Shown piece after piece: positions 14,510 to 26,914 of a stretch of DNA of 64,000 bases; positions within the stretch are counted from its first letter, which is position 1; the number at the start of each line of letters is the position of its first letter. The translations under genes were made by a program, and so were the position numbers. Origin of the DNA: Girardia tigrina (lineage: Eukaryota); assembly GCA_001938485.1 (NCBI GenBank), contig MQRK01239514.1:1-64000 (forward strand), in the 5' to 3' direction. Below the pieces are notes generated by a model. That model searched no databases. It worked only from the letters and a program-made list of their open reading frames with translations, and had not been told where the DNA came from.

Positions 14510-15125
14510 TATCAGAAAAATAGAGTAAGGTCGATATAGAAACCAAAAATTATATGTCATCTTTATTGATCTGGAAAAAGCTTTTGATATTTTCACATGG
14601 GAGGTCATATTGGCAAATCCGAAAAGATTCAGACTCATCGTCAAAGTTCTTTGTCTGATTAAAGATTTTCATGATTTTGCTCCAATTAAGGGTAGCGATT
14701 TTTTCATAGAAACAGGAATCAAACATCTATGTGTGATGTAGCCTTGTTTATTTAACTTGGTCTTCGAAAAAGTCATTAAAAAGTCTATTGAAACAGTTCA
14801 AGGGCGGAGTAACCATCATTGACGATAGTGATGCTGAAATCTAAGTCAATAGATTGAAAGATATAGAAATACTGTTTCCAATATCGATCATGCCTGTAAA
14901 GATCTTAATAAACTAAGAACAAATTTTCCGAGATAGAATTGACTATAACTGCTACAAAGACTAAAATTGTGTGTCTTACTGACGATTTAGGTACGGGGAT
15001 ATTGCAAATAAAATGTGGTGAGACCGAAAAAAAAGGGGTGAAAGAATTCTGTTATCTTTGTAATATATTGGCCACTAGGATTAGCTGCCGTTGAGATATT
15101 AGTAAACGGATACGATGCGGACGGT
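14510..15125 (+). mobile_element. Non-LTR (RTE-like) reverse transcriptase fragment, decayed
   Basis: Translates LYVIFIDLEKAFD and FFIETGIKHLCVM*PCLFNLVFEKVIK, which are RT domains 3-4. Multiple stops and frameshifts. Confidence 0.75.
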
Positions 15126-15659
15126 TAAAGAGTTGCAACCTGCAATTCAATGCAACCGCATCCAAATGCTATTTGTAGAAGTTCACATATGTCATATATT
15201 AAAAATTTGAAAGAATTACGATTTGTTATTTGTATATATACTAAAATATAATTATTGTTTTTCAAAGATTTTATGTTACGTTTGAAGTATAAATTTAATA
15301 TTCAGATCACTTAACGATCTTAAATAATAAATTTCAAAATTCAAAAACAAATCAATAAAGAAGCATGAATTATAAAAAATATTAAATTATCGTAAGAAGA
15401 TTGAAAAACTGAATTTGTATCATGTTACGAATATCAAAAAAACGAAGCAAATTTTTTACAACACCTCATACAATTGTAAAATATTTTCATATCATTAACT
15501 CATTATGCCAATTTCTCTCCTTCTAATTGAACATTATTTACTTATTCTCTAAAAAGAAACTTCCAACCAACCAATTTCTCCTCTCATGATTCAACATTGC
15601 CTATTAATCCTATAAATCTGATTTGTTCAATTATAAAATAAATAACCAAAGTCATCCAT

Positions 15660-16340
15660 TTAAAAATATATTGTAAGACAATATATTTCGACGGATCTAC
15701 CGTCATCTTCAGGTCACTAATTAATAATCAATTCACCTGTATATAAATACAAAAATGATGATTATGTAATCGATTGCATGAAATCATGCTAATCAAAAAT
15801 TCTCAATAAGGTGCTTGAGACTGCCGATTTAACATTGATTTTAGGGCAACGTGACCTTATTAACAATGCTTCACACGACACTCTCTTCCAATAACTGTCA
15901 AAATGCTTACACAGAATTTTGAAATTATCAAAATTAACATCACATTTACATTTTTTTCCTATGTTCTGCAATATTACTCTTACTCTCTTTTCGACCATGT
16001 TCTTGAATTCGTTTACAGAGATGACGGGCAGCCTCTCCAATGTATGTGGCATCGCACCCATTACATTTATATTCATAAACAATATCAGAACAAAGTGTTA
16101 AAGGTGTAATAGATTTAGTACTGAACATATTTTGAATTTTATGAGATCGCGATATAATTTTTAAATTTAATAAATTGTTAGTTGCTTTTAACAATGCATT
16201 TTAACAAACAAGAGTTTGGCTTCTCCTGATGGATCTAAGAAAGAAATCGAAGGATCATTAGATATGAATAATATGCCTAAATATTGTTTAATTGTACCTT
16301 ATTCTGAAGGATTTAAAAACTTTAAAATGAAGGTATTAAA
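15660..16340 (-). mobile_element. 5'-truncated Penelope-like element (GIY-YIG endonuclease) with inverted 5' segment
   Basis: IVYEYKCNGCDATYIGEAARHLCKRIQEH...EALLI...PKIN, split by a frameshift. Linker KYCLIVPYSEGFKNFK lies on + strand at 16195-16340. Hammerhead in the 3' region. Confidence 0.9.
15677..15715 (-). ncRNA. Minimal type I hammerhead ribozyme (PLE-associated)
   Basis: Minus strand GAC-CUGAAGA-U-GACGG-UAGAU-CCGUC-GAA-AUAUAU-U-GUC: conserved core, 5-bp stem II, palindromic stem III. Confidence 0.8.
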
Positions 16341-17134
16341 AAATGGCTTGATGACTTTCTCGGCGCAAAAGATGAGAAGTTTTTTGGGATGGAATCCATA
16401 AATTGCCTGACAGATGGGAAGTTGCGCTTCCGATAGACAATATTTTGAATAAAATATTTTTTTCACTTTTATACTTAAATAAATGGTTTTTTTAACAAAA
16501 AAAATACGAAATTAATTAGTTGTACACCCAATAATAAAAGGGTTTATTGTAAATTTAAATTATTTAGTTTTTATGATAAAATTTTCGAAAAAATGTAAAA
16601 TAATTTAAGGTTTAAATTTCGTAAAATTTCAAAATTTAATCGAAAAAATTTAATGAATTAATTTTGGGCAAAATTTGTTTAAATATGTGAATTATTGATA
16701 TTAATAAATTTTGTGGTGTTAAATTATGATTTCGGAATTCGATAATACTGAAAGTGGCATAAACGCTACTTACAGATATTTTGCTTGCTTCGCCTTATAT
16801 ACCATATGAGAGTTCTCCCTCACTTTGCACTATAGAACACAACATCCCAATAATCGATGTGTGCGTTTTTTCGAGAATCTAACATCATATTCCGGCTCTC
16901 TACCTATGGGTTCCTATCCAAGTGTTCAAACAAATTTTTCATATTTTGCTTTTTTTGAGATCCTGTAAATAAGAAAAATACAAAACATTAAAATGATCTT
17001 ACTTGTCCTAAATAAAGAATTAAAAAGATCAAAAATAAATTAAATAATAAAGACGGATAATCCCATTTTAACTTTCCCTTTGTTTGAGTAGTTTGCTCAG
17101 GGACGCGAGGCGGTAAATTTGGATAATAATAAAG

Positions 17135-17168
<34 letters not shown>

Positions 17169-17266
17169 TAGTAGATATTTATTATTAATGATTATTATTA
17201 ATTTAATATTCATTTATAACATTATTAATTTTATCTTTATTTATCTTTATTATTTTGTTATTATTA

Positions 17267-18704
17267 CCCTAAAGTTCCGTGTATAACCCGCGGGTTATAC
17301 AAAGGAAAAAGTGAATTTTTTTGAAAAAGATATACTGCGGGTTATACACGGAACTTTAGGTATTTAAAAGTTAATAANNNNNNNNNNNNNNNNNNNNNNN
17401 NNNNNNNNNNNNNNNNNNNNNNNNNNNNNNNNNNNNNNNNNNNNNNNNNNNNNNNNNNNNNNNNNNNNNNNNNNNNNNNNNNNNNNNNNNNNNNNNNNNN
17501 NNNNNNNNNNNNNNNNNNNNNNNNNNNNNNNNNNNNNNNNNNNNNNNNNNNNNNNNNNNNNNNNNNNNNNNNNNNNNNNNNNNNNNNNNNNNNNNNNNNN
17601 NNNNNNNNNNNNNNNNNNNNNNNNNNNNNNNNNNNNNNNNNNNNNNNNNNNNNNNNNNNNNNNNNNNNNNNNNNNNNNNNNNNNNNNNNNNNNNNNNNNN
17701 NNNNNNNNNNNNNNNNNNNNNNNNNNNNNNNNNNNNNNNNNNNNNNNNNNNNNNNNNNNNNNNNNNNNNNNNNNNNNNNNNNNNNNNNNNNNNNNNNNNN
17801 NNNNNNNNNNNNNNNNNNNNNNNNNNNNNNNNNNNNNNNNNNNNNNNNNNNNNNNNNNNNNNNNNNNNNNNNNNNNNNNNNNNNNNNNNNNNNNNNNNNN
17901 NNNNNNNNNNNNNNNNNNNNNNNNNNNNNNNNNNNNNNNNNNNNNNNNNNNNNNNNNNNNNNNNNNNNNNNNNNNNNNNNNNNNNNNNNNNNNNNNNNNN
18001 NNNNNNNNNNNNNNNNNNNNNNNNNNNNNNNNNNNNNNNNNNNNNNNNNNNNNNNNNNNNNNNNNNNNNNNNNNNNNNNNNNNNNNNNNNNNNNNNNNNN
18101 NNNNNNNNNNNNNNNNNNNNNNNNNNNNNNNNNNNNNNNNNNNNNNNNNNNNNNNNNNNNNNNNNNNNNNNNNNNNNNNNNNNNNNNNNNNNNNNNNNNN
18201 NNNNNNNNNNNNNNNNNNNNNNNNNNNNNNNNNNNNNNNNNNNNNNNNNNNNNNNNNNNNNNTTCTAAGGATTCCCAATGTGCATTACTGCCTCTCAATG
18301 CCCTTTTTGTTGGATTCATTAGTTTAATGGCGTTTTTGTTAAGTCGCCATTCTCTTATACTTTTTTCTGATACATTATATTCTCTTGCTGCAGCTCGATT
18401 CCCATTAATTTCAGCAAATTCTATGGCTTCAAGCTTGNNNNNNNNNNNNNNNNNNNNNNNNNNNNNNNNNNNNNNNNNNNNNNNNNNNNNNNNNNNNNNN
18501 NNNNNNNNNNNNNNNNNNNNNNNNNNNNNNNNNNNNNNNNNNNNNNNNNNNNNNNNNNNNNNNNNNTCCCAAATATTATTGGTGTTATTTAAAGGGTGCG
18601 GGTTATACACGGGGTGCGGGTTATACAAAGGAAAAAGTGCCATTTAAAAAAAAAGCGAACTGCGGGTTATTCACGGGGTGCGGGTTATACTCGGAACTTT
18701 AGGG
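17267..18704 (-). mobile_element. pogo-family (POGK/Passer-like, Brinker DBD) DNA transposon, mostly in N gaps
   Basis: TA TSDs. TIRs CCCTAAAGTTCCG.GTATAACCCGC. GCGGGTTATAC subterminal repeats. KLEAIEFAEINGNRAAAREYNVSEKSIREWR is a BrkDBD-like HTH. Confidence 0.85.
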
Positions 18705-18867
18705 TACTATTATTATTATAATTAATATTATTATATTCCTTTTCGGCGAATTTCTCCTTCCTCCTCAGGGACCCATTCATTATGAGGGTACCCTGATTTG
18801 GGCAGAGAAGTTCGTCAAAAGTATTATTATTACCTTTATTTTCAATTAAAATTTATTCATATTATAA

Positions 18868-18911
<44 letters not shown>

Positions 18912-18960
18912 GAAAGTGATATTATTTATTATGATTATGATGATGATGATGATGATTATT
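18868..18960. repeat. (ATT)n / (GAT)n microsatellites
   Basis: Direct inspection. Confidence 0.9.
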
Positions 18961-19134
18961 GTTGGGTTCTTGATCAATATTAGAATTCATAACACCAAAA
19001 ATTTATTAATAACACAAATAACAATTATTTAAACAATTTTTCTTGGGGAACTTTTTGTTTTCTTTTTTTTGACCAGATTTCTTATACATAAAAATATGGA
19101 ATTATAAATAATGATAAGCTATTTATTAAAATGA

Positions 19135-19440
19135 AATTTTAGAAATTATTATATTATTTACAATTCAAAAATGTAAAACTATTATTTTTTTATTTTAGAA
19201 TTACAATTCTCAAAGTTAAAATACAAAATATTATTCTTATTAGAAATAGAATTTTCAAATTTGAAATACAAAATATTATTCTATTTCAGAATTATAATTC
19301 TGAAATTTAAGAAACAAAATATTATTTTATTTCAGAATTACAATTCTCAAATTTAAAATACAAAATATCATTTTATTTTAGAATTACAATTCCGAAATTT
19401 AAAATACAAAATATTATTCTTATTTTAGAAATACAAAAAT
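19135..19440. repeat. ~46-bp minisatellite, about 6 copies
   Basis: Unit approximately atttcagaattacaattctcaaatttaaaatacaaaatattatttt repeated in tandem. Confidence 0.85.
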
Positions 19441-20278
19441 ATTAGCAATATTTAAATTTATTATTATTTAATAGAGATTATTTACAAAAATTAATTATTC
19501 AAAAATTTAAAGAATGAGCCCGTCCTTCACAATTATTATTATTATTATTATTATTAAAATTAACACTTACTTCTAAAATTGTTTTTTGAAAAATGAAAAT
19601 TTTCCTCTTGGGCGATGAATGATGATCGGTTCGACCAATCGGCACATCATTTCATCGTCCAAAGGAATTTACAATTGGCAAAATAAAATAAAAATTTTGA
19701 TTAATGGATAAATCCATTAAACATGCAATCGGCCTAAACATTCAATCGATTGACTGGCTGTGTTTATATCTGTCTCTACCAGCTTCGTATAATGCCTTAT
19801 GTCGTCCTTACGGGTGATGTTCCGATGTCATCAGAATGGATTGGAAATTGAATTTTCATTTTAACGAGATCCGCAGTTGGCGGATAAATGATAATTAGTC
19901 GTGATTTTCACGACAGCTAACGAATGTTAGAATTTACAAATTTTAGTAATTTGAAAAATTAGAATTATTTTTAATTAAATAATATTTTATATTTTATATA
20001 TTTATTATTTATATAAAAACAAAATTGGGTATAAATACCCTTCAAAAATTCAAAAAACTACGACAAAAACTGAAACAAAAAATAATTCAAAGCAAAACAT
20101 TAATCGACAATTCATTTTTTATTCGGCCTCAATTATTATTTAAAGGATCTATGTACAATATTTCGAAGAGTATATCTTGTGATTATCAAATATAAATTTC
20201 TATAATATTTGTTGTTGATCTCAATTGCAATAAATTTAACAGTATCAATTATTGAGCTGGGTTCGAGCTACGAACAAG

Positions 20279-20421
20279 CAACGCAGCCTTCAAATTAAGT
20301 TGATTCAATTCACGACAATATATTTTCTTTGAACAGAACTATTCAAAATATACAACGCAGCCTTCAAATTAAGTTGATTCAATTCACGACAATATATTTT
20401 CTTTGAACAGAACTATTCAAA
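20279..20421. repeat. Recent ~68-bp tandem duplication
   Basis: caacgcagccttcaaattaagttgattcaattcacgacaatatattttctttgaacagaactattcaaa occurs twice with a short spacer. Confidence 0.9.
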
Positions 20422-20579
20422 CGATAATTCAATTATTTATACCCAGCAATAAATTTATAAACCACCAACACTTTCTTCACCTTCTATACCCTATGGGCAT
20501 TCGACACCACTTTACACTATATTATATAAAAAATCATGAACTTTGAACAATTGTGAACTTATTGATTTTGTACACTTGC

Positions 20580-20800
20580 ACTAAGCCTAGGCAGACTGCA
20601 CACGTGCATTATTGATTAGTACAGTGCAGCCTAGGCAGCACATGTGCAGCATGCCTAGACTCTGTGTAGACGAGTACAGTATTAATTTTTAGCACTTTTT
20701 GTGTAATTTTGGTGGTTTTTACATGTTTTAAATGATTTCTAATTTGTTTTTCATGGTTTTTAAGGTAACGGTGATGGTTTTAAAGGTGTTTTTGATTGTT

Positions 20801-20840
<40 letters not shown>

Positions 20841-21966
20841 TATTTATCTTCGTTACGGTAACCAAGGTACTTTTGATGGTTGATGTTTAGGCTCAGGTAC
20901 ATTAGATGATTATGTAGATGTTTTGTATAATGTCTATGCATGTTTTAAGTACAGTAGGAGTTTTACATGATGTTTTTACATATAATATAAAAGGTTATTT
21001 ATCTTGGTTACGGTAACTAAAGTACTTGTGATTGTTGATGGGGTATATTAGGCCATTCATGAGTTATTGTTTGATGGTAAATAACATACATATATCACAT
21101 GAGTTTCATGTATATACGAAAAAAATCGATTTTTAAGCACCTTTTGAGAATTTCAGAAATATTCGAAAAAATCTATTTTCCAACACTTTTGAAAATGTTG
21201 ATATGGAATCTGAATGTAAGTATATTGGTTCCTAATCAAGTGCATGAGCACTTTATTGATATTCTGCTTCCTTGTACCTCTAAAATCGATGTGCATTTTG
21301 TATAAATTTGCGCATTATGTTAAATATAGGAAAAAGAAATCAATATATGAAAATTCTAATTGCATATTAAGATAGAGAATCAAAATGTTTATCAAATACA
21401 TTATATCGATTTTCGACACTAGCACTTTTCAAATTTTTTATGTATTGATTCTTGAACTTTTGCACATGTGCAACGTAAAAAGCACTATGCTAGCTCATTA
21501 GAAATGTGCGGCATAAAGTGCACTATTTATTAAAATTAAAGAATACCACTTAAAAAATATCGATTAGCGGGTTTTCGGCACAGTGCAGCGATCAATTAGC
21601 ACTTTTTTCTACGGTTTCTATGGATATGGTTACCGTTACCGTGGTTACAACCACCTTGAATCCTTGTATCCGTTGCTAATGAAAAATATCCCTTGGTTAC
21701 CGTTGCTAAGGAACCGGGAACCAATCAGAAGTGTTTCCAACGTTCCGAGGACCAATCGGAACCGTTGCCAAGTGAAGTGGAACCGTTGCTAGGGACCCGG
21801 GGACCAATTAGAAGCGTTGTCATGTGAACCGGAACCGTTTCTATGGTAACCGTGACCGTTGCCGTGGTAACCGCGATCGTTTCTCTGGAAACCGGAAGCG
21901 TTGTCATGGTAACGGGTAACCGCCGGAGGGGTCATGTGAGGGAGAAGCCAATTTCCCCCCTACTCT
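20580..21966. mobile_element. Probable Polinton/Maverick terminal inverted repeat remnant
   Basis: Minus strand begins AGAGTAGGGGGG, an AG-type short terminal repeat. A GC-rich array of short repeats (gttaccg/ggaaccg/accaatc) follows. No partner TIR or Polinton ORF in the window; left boundary approximate. Confidence 0.5.
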
Positions 21967-23249
21967 GGAATGTGTACGTGTGTTAATGTAATTGTTGAAT
22001 ATGATTTGTTTTTGCTTGTAGGTGCCTTGTTCTATCGTAAAACTTTATCACAATTTTGTGTTCAAAAAAAATCAATGTTTGGTGTAAAAAATGGAATGAA
22101 AATTAAATAAAACTTAAAAAAATAAATCAATGTTCAGAGTGGAAATGGAAAAAATGTGTAAATCGTTTCAATTTTAGAAAAACTTGTACAAAGAAAATAA
22201 TTGTGAAAATAAATCAAAGTATGAATTTTAAATTTTAATCAAAGTTTTTGAGAACTATCAGTTTTAAGTGTGTAAAAATCGAGTAATGAACCTAATAGAA
22301 TCGAATAAACGAGTTTGTCTCTGAATGATACAAAAAATGGATGATTTGTTTCTGGCGGATAAACGAGTGAAATTAGAAATCGATGTTTCTAATTACTCTT
22401 CTAATTATGACTTTTGAATCGAAAAAGACACGGTTTCTGCAACAATAGAGTTCCATTAAAAGGAGTCATTTCAAAGTATTATTGAAAGAAAGAACTGGTT
22501 ACATATAGAATGCTAAATTGAAATCAACTATTTTAGTTAATAATAAAGACACACAAAATTATATAATGTCTACGCAAAAAAACAATAGTATTGTCAATTT
22601 GAAGCGAAAGAAGAAGCTTTAGAAAGTATATCTATATAAGCTTTGAAAAAAAATAAATAAGTTATTGGAAATACTTTAAAATTACTTTTGTTGGTGTGAG
22701 GGATAATTGTGAATGTTGTAAGTTTGTTGTTTTTATGCTCTTTAGATTTGTGACTCTCCTACTCAGATGGGATTGATATGTTATTTGATTAATTATTTGA
22801 ATCTAATGAAATTAATTTAATAATATTAAATTAAAGTAATAATTAATTAAAGTTTGATAATTATGAATTTTAATAATATTTTCAGTAAACGATTTTAACT
22901 TATTAAATTTAATATTTTTAAAAATTAATGTTTATTTTAAANNNNNNNNNNNNNNNNNNNNNNNNNNNNNNNNNNNNNNNNNNNNNNNNNNNNNNNNNNN
23001 NNNNNNNNNNNNNNNNNNNNNNNNNNNNNNNNATATTTAATCAAAAACTATATTAATCAAAGAAAGATGACCACTGAAAATTGTTGTGAAGAATCTGTTT
23101 GTGTTGTAAATAAATGTTTGCATTCAAATTGTGATGTTGTTAATAGTTGGGAATGAAAGAGATCAATGTTCGGGCGCATAGGAACGTACCCCAAAATAAG
23201 ACATCTTCAAAAATTTGAAAGATATGACCACCGACATTTATTGTCACAA

Positions 23250-23562
23250 TGTCCAGATAATGAATATTTTCATCTAGAAATAATCTATTAGCAATTTTTA
23301 TTGTTCCTCGGTCGGCCTCCATAACATTACAGAATTTAATACATTCCGACAACTGCTTGTGAAACTAATCCGAAGATTTTGTGTCCCAATGGAGAGTGTT
23401 CATCATTTCTGAATCTGTTTCTCCTTTTGCATCGCGAAGAGTCATTCCCAGCGCTATATAAATACTCAAAGGAGAATAAATCATATATTGATCAAATTTC
23501 TTTTCAGAAGTTATCTCTAATAAATCGAATGCGGATTGCTGACAAGATATTTCCATTTTCAA
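23250..23562 (-). pseudogene. Serpin (serine protease inhibitor) N-terminal pseudogene fragment
   Basis: MIYSPLSIYIALGMTLRDAKGETDSEMMNTLHW matches s6B/hB/hC; IKIANRLFLDEN matches s2A. A stop/frameshift separates them and the rest of the fold, including the RCL, is absent. Confidence 0.8.
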
Positions 23563-23792
23563 TATTTAATATAATAATTAAAAATTCAATTAATATTTCT
23601 TATTCTTATTGGTATCAAAATTTTATCATAATCAAAACATTAAAAAATTCATTTCTTTACATAATATATAAACCTGTTTTCTTTATAAAGATTTTCCTTT
23701 CTTTTTACAGTTTTTTTTCTCTAACATGACAAAATAATTTCAAGTTTTCTTTTTTTTCTTTTTAACGGTAATTTATAATAATCTTTAAATAA

Positions 23793-23840
<48 letters not shown>

Positions 23841-24969
23841 NNNNNNNNNNNNNNNNNNNNNNNNNNNNNNNNNNNNNNNNNNNNNNNNNNATATATATAT
23901 ATATATATATATATAATTCATTGAAATCGGAATTAAAAATACCAATTCCAAATTTTATTTTTAATTTCCATCTTGAACAGTTATGAAGAACCCTCAGAGT
24001 ACCGTTCCTTACACCGCACCAAGTAATTTAAAATAACCAAATCGATTATAACCTAAGATAATTAAATGTCTTAAAAGATTGATTTCGTCAGCAAAATAAA
24101 AAAGAGAATATTTGTTTAAAAATTCACTTATTGTTATTTAAATAAATAATAAAATTTGCACTACATTTATTCTTAATAATAAACAGGTGATCAAAATAAA
24201 ACATACAAATATTTAAAAATATATTATTTATTAAACTTCCTTTCCCTAAAAAACAGCATTTTAAAACCAAAATTTAAGTCAGAAATCAGAAATCTTTTTG
24301 AAAAATTAAAAAATATTTAAAGCAATATATACAGTAAGTATATATCAACCTCCTAAGTTGAAAACTCTATAAATTAAAAATCTCTGCAAGTTTAAATGCC
24401 GTCAGCCTCACAAGCCAAAAATAATATGTTTTATCTTCTTTAAGTTGAAAATCTCTTCAATGTCAATGCGGTAGAACTTCCAAAGTTAAAAAATTTAAAA
24501 GTTAAAAAAACCAGTAAATTGAAAAAAAAATTTAACTCCTTATGAAAATATAACTTTTAAAACTGCAGTTTTAATTTTCAATTAAAACCGTTTTTATAAT
24601 TTAATGTAAACTAAATGTAACATTATTATGATGAAATTGCGAAAATATTATAAAAATAATTCATTGTATATTTGTTTGAATATTCAGATATTGGTATTTG
24701 TATTTGAATTCAATAAAGCATATTCTTGTTGCCGTTTTATTTATCTTTATTTAACACTAAAAGTAAAAAAGTAAAAAAAAAGTATAACAAAAGGCATCTC
24801 ATGACCCAAAAATCAATAAATTTCATATTACGACCAGTACCAACGAAAACAGAAGATGAATAAAATTTTGAAAAGGCTCAGCTACAGTGTATGAAATCTC
24901 TTAGACAAACCTCTCTTTATTCATGGATCATTAGAAAATAAATAAATTTATTAATACACTTATTCTTCT

Positions 24970-26740
24970 TGTAGTGACATTCCTTATATTATATAAATAT
25001 GAAAATTAAATAAAAAAGATTTAAAAAATAGATTTAAATATAGATTGTTTTTTATAATAGTAATCACAATTTATTTGGAATAACTATTTATTATTGTTCT
25101 GTGGATTTTTTACTAAAAGTGGAGATATTCAAAGAAAAAAGAATCCTCCACAATTGGTGTCAGAACAAAGCAAAACACGCCTCACAATCACACAGACATT
25201 TACATACAATCACTACAAACACAACCATCTTACAAAAAAAATTATGCCTTCATACAAACCCAAATTTAATCTCCCAATTACAAACCCCTTCAAAACACAA
25301 ACAAACAAAATATCAAATTATATTAATCATTTAAACATCAACTTGACCAACCCTCACACAACACAATTCCACAAACACGCATCTGTCAGTATACTTGAAA
25401 ACAGAATTCCGTTTAATGAGAAAATATTCAACGACACAGCAAACAATTTAAATTTTCACCTTTTTAATTCGCTTCTCAAGAAAATAGAAAATATTGAAAC
25501 GGAAAACAAGATATTGAAAACGGAAATATTCAAATTAAAGAAACAACAAAAAGAAATGGAGAACAAGTTCGCCAATTATGACGCAAAGGATTTTGGAAAA
25601 CAGAAATAAAAACAAACAAACATATGCTGGTACCGTGAACGTAATGGAAACGATGCTTTCAAATGCCAAAAACCTTGTTCCTTCAGATAAAACAGTAATA
25701 ATACAATCAAACCAAGAATTCGAACTTTTTATAATTCAAATATTAAAATTGATTGTAAAAACAAATTCTATGAACCATATAAGTACACGTCTAACCGAAG
25801 GGGAGAAAGTACTTCAAAAATATAAGAATAAAACAATAAAAACTGAATTTCTGAAACCTAAAGAACAATCATCAACCCAAAAAGATCATAAATATTCTGA
25901 AAACTGCAAAAACAACTTGTCTATAACAAAAGAAAAAGAATCAAACACAAAAGTTCTGCAGTAACAAAAATAATTCCGAGAAACAAGTTCAAACTTTGGA
26001 ATCCGCAAATAAAGAATCAACGGATAAATATAGCCAAACAACAAACACAATCATCATCCAAGCAAAATCTACATCCAGAGAAGTAGAAACTAATACGCCA
26101 ACAATCAAAGATGATTCTTCACAAACAGACACTATAAACATTAATAAAATTTCTCAAAACTCAAAAAGCATAACTGCAGACAAACAAATAAACATTAATC
26201 TGAGCTCAGAGACCGAGAAAACTATAAATATACAAGAACAACATTCGGAAAAAATGAATTCATACCTTGAAATTAACACAATAAGCAAAACTAACGCTAA
26301 AGAACAAGAAGCAAATGCAAACATTTACAAAGATTTCCTAGCGTTAGTGAAAAATAACACTAACAACACATTCGATGGACCATACCAAATAATGGACCAA
26401 CAAAACAAATCCTTCATTCTGAACATAGAAGAGATACCAATAACAGTGAACCAAAAAAGAATAATTTTCTGCTCAGAAAAGCCTTATTGCAAAATCAATT
26501 TCGAGTATTTAGATAAAGAAATTAGAAACAAAATTAAACCCAGATTTCATCCTTCTTTTTTTAACAATGTGATGTTCCACTTACAATAGGGGGGCTAGTG
26601 TAGTGACCCAGTCACTAACAGATATGTACATCATGTATAATAAATTGTATATATAAATTATATACATATAAAATTCGATTAAAAAAAATCAATGCAATAT
26701 CAATGATTTTATAGTATAGTATATTTCAAATCAAATACAA
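24970..26740 (+). mobile_element. Non-autonomous Gypsy-derived LTR element with broken low-complexity ORF ending in an integrase GPY/F module
   Basis: TGTAGTGAC at 24970 and 26599, the latter preceded by PPT AGGGGGG. Co-oriented ORFs span 25094-26589; FDGPYQIMDQQNKSFILNIEEIPITVNQKRI matches the Gypsy IN GPY/F tail. LTR bodies are only weakly similar. Confidence 0.6.
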
Positions 26741-26914
26741 AGCTGACATTGAAGAGTTCTGGAATTATATGTATCCCGACGAATGTTTTATAGAAGACAT
26801 TTATTCCCGATTATCATTTCTGAAACTTTCCAGCAAATTATTGTCCGTCGAATTATTTGTCGAAACTCTTTCCTCGCGTCACCATATCAAAAAGATTTCT
26901 ATTTGTTAATTATA

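Noticed and set aside
16770-17012. Minus-strand exon plus a 5-nt microexon (TTTAG|GACAA|GTAAG)
   Set aside because: Splice signals plausible but no open frame or recognisable product; cannot support a gene.
17342-18643. Long ORFs in the track (also 26966-27910, 29508-30237, 46889-48065)
   Set aside because: Lengths are artefacts of N runs; only the flanking real peptides were used.
19135-19440. Repeat array as CRISPR
   Set aside because: Head-to-tail minisatellite without unique spacers; eukaryotic context, no cas genes.
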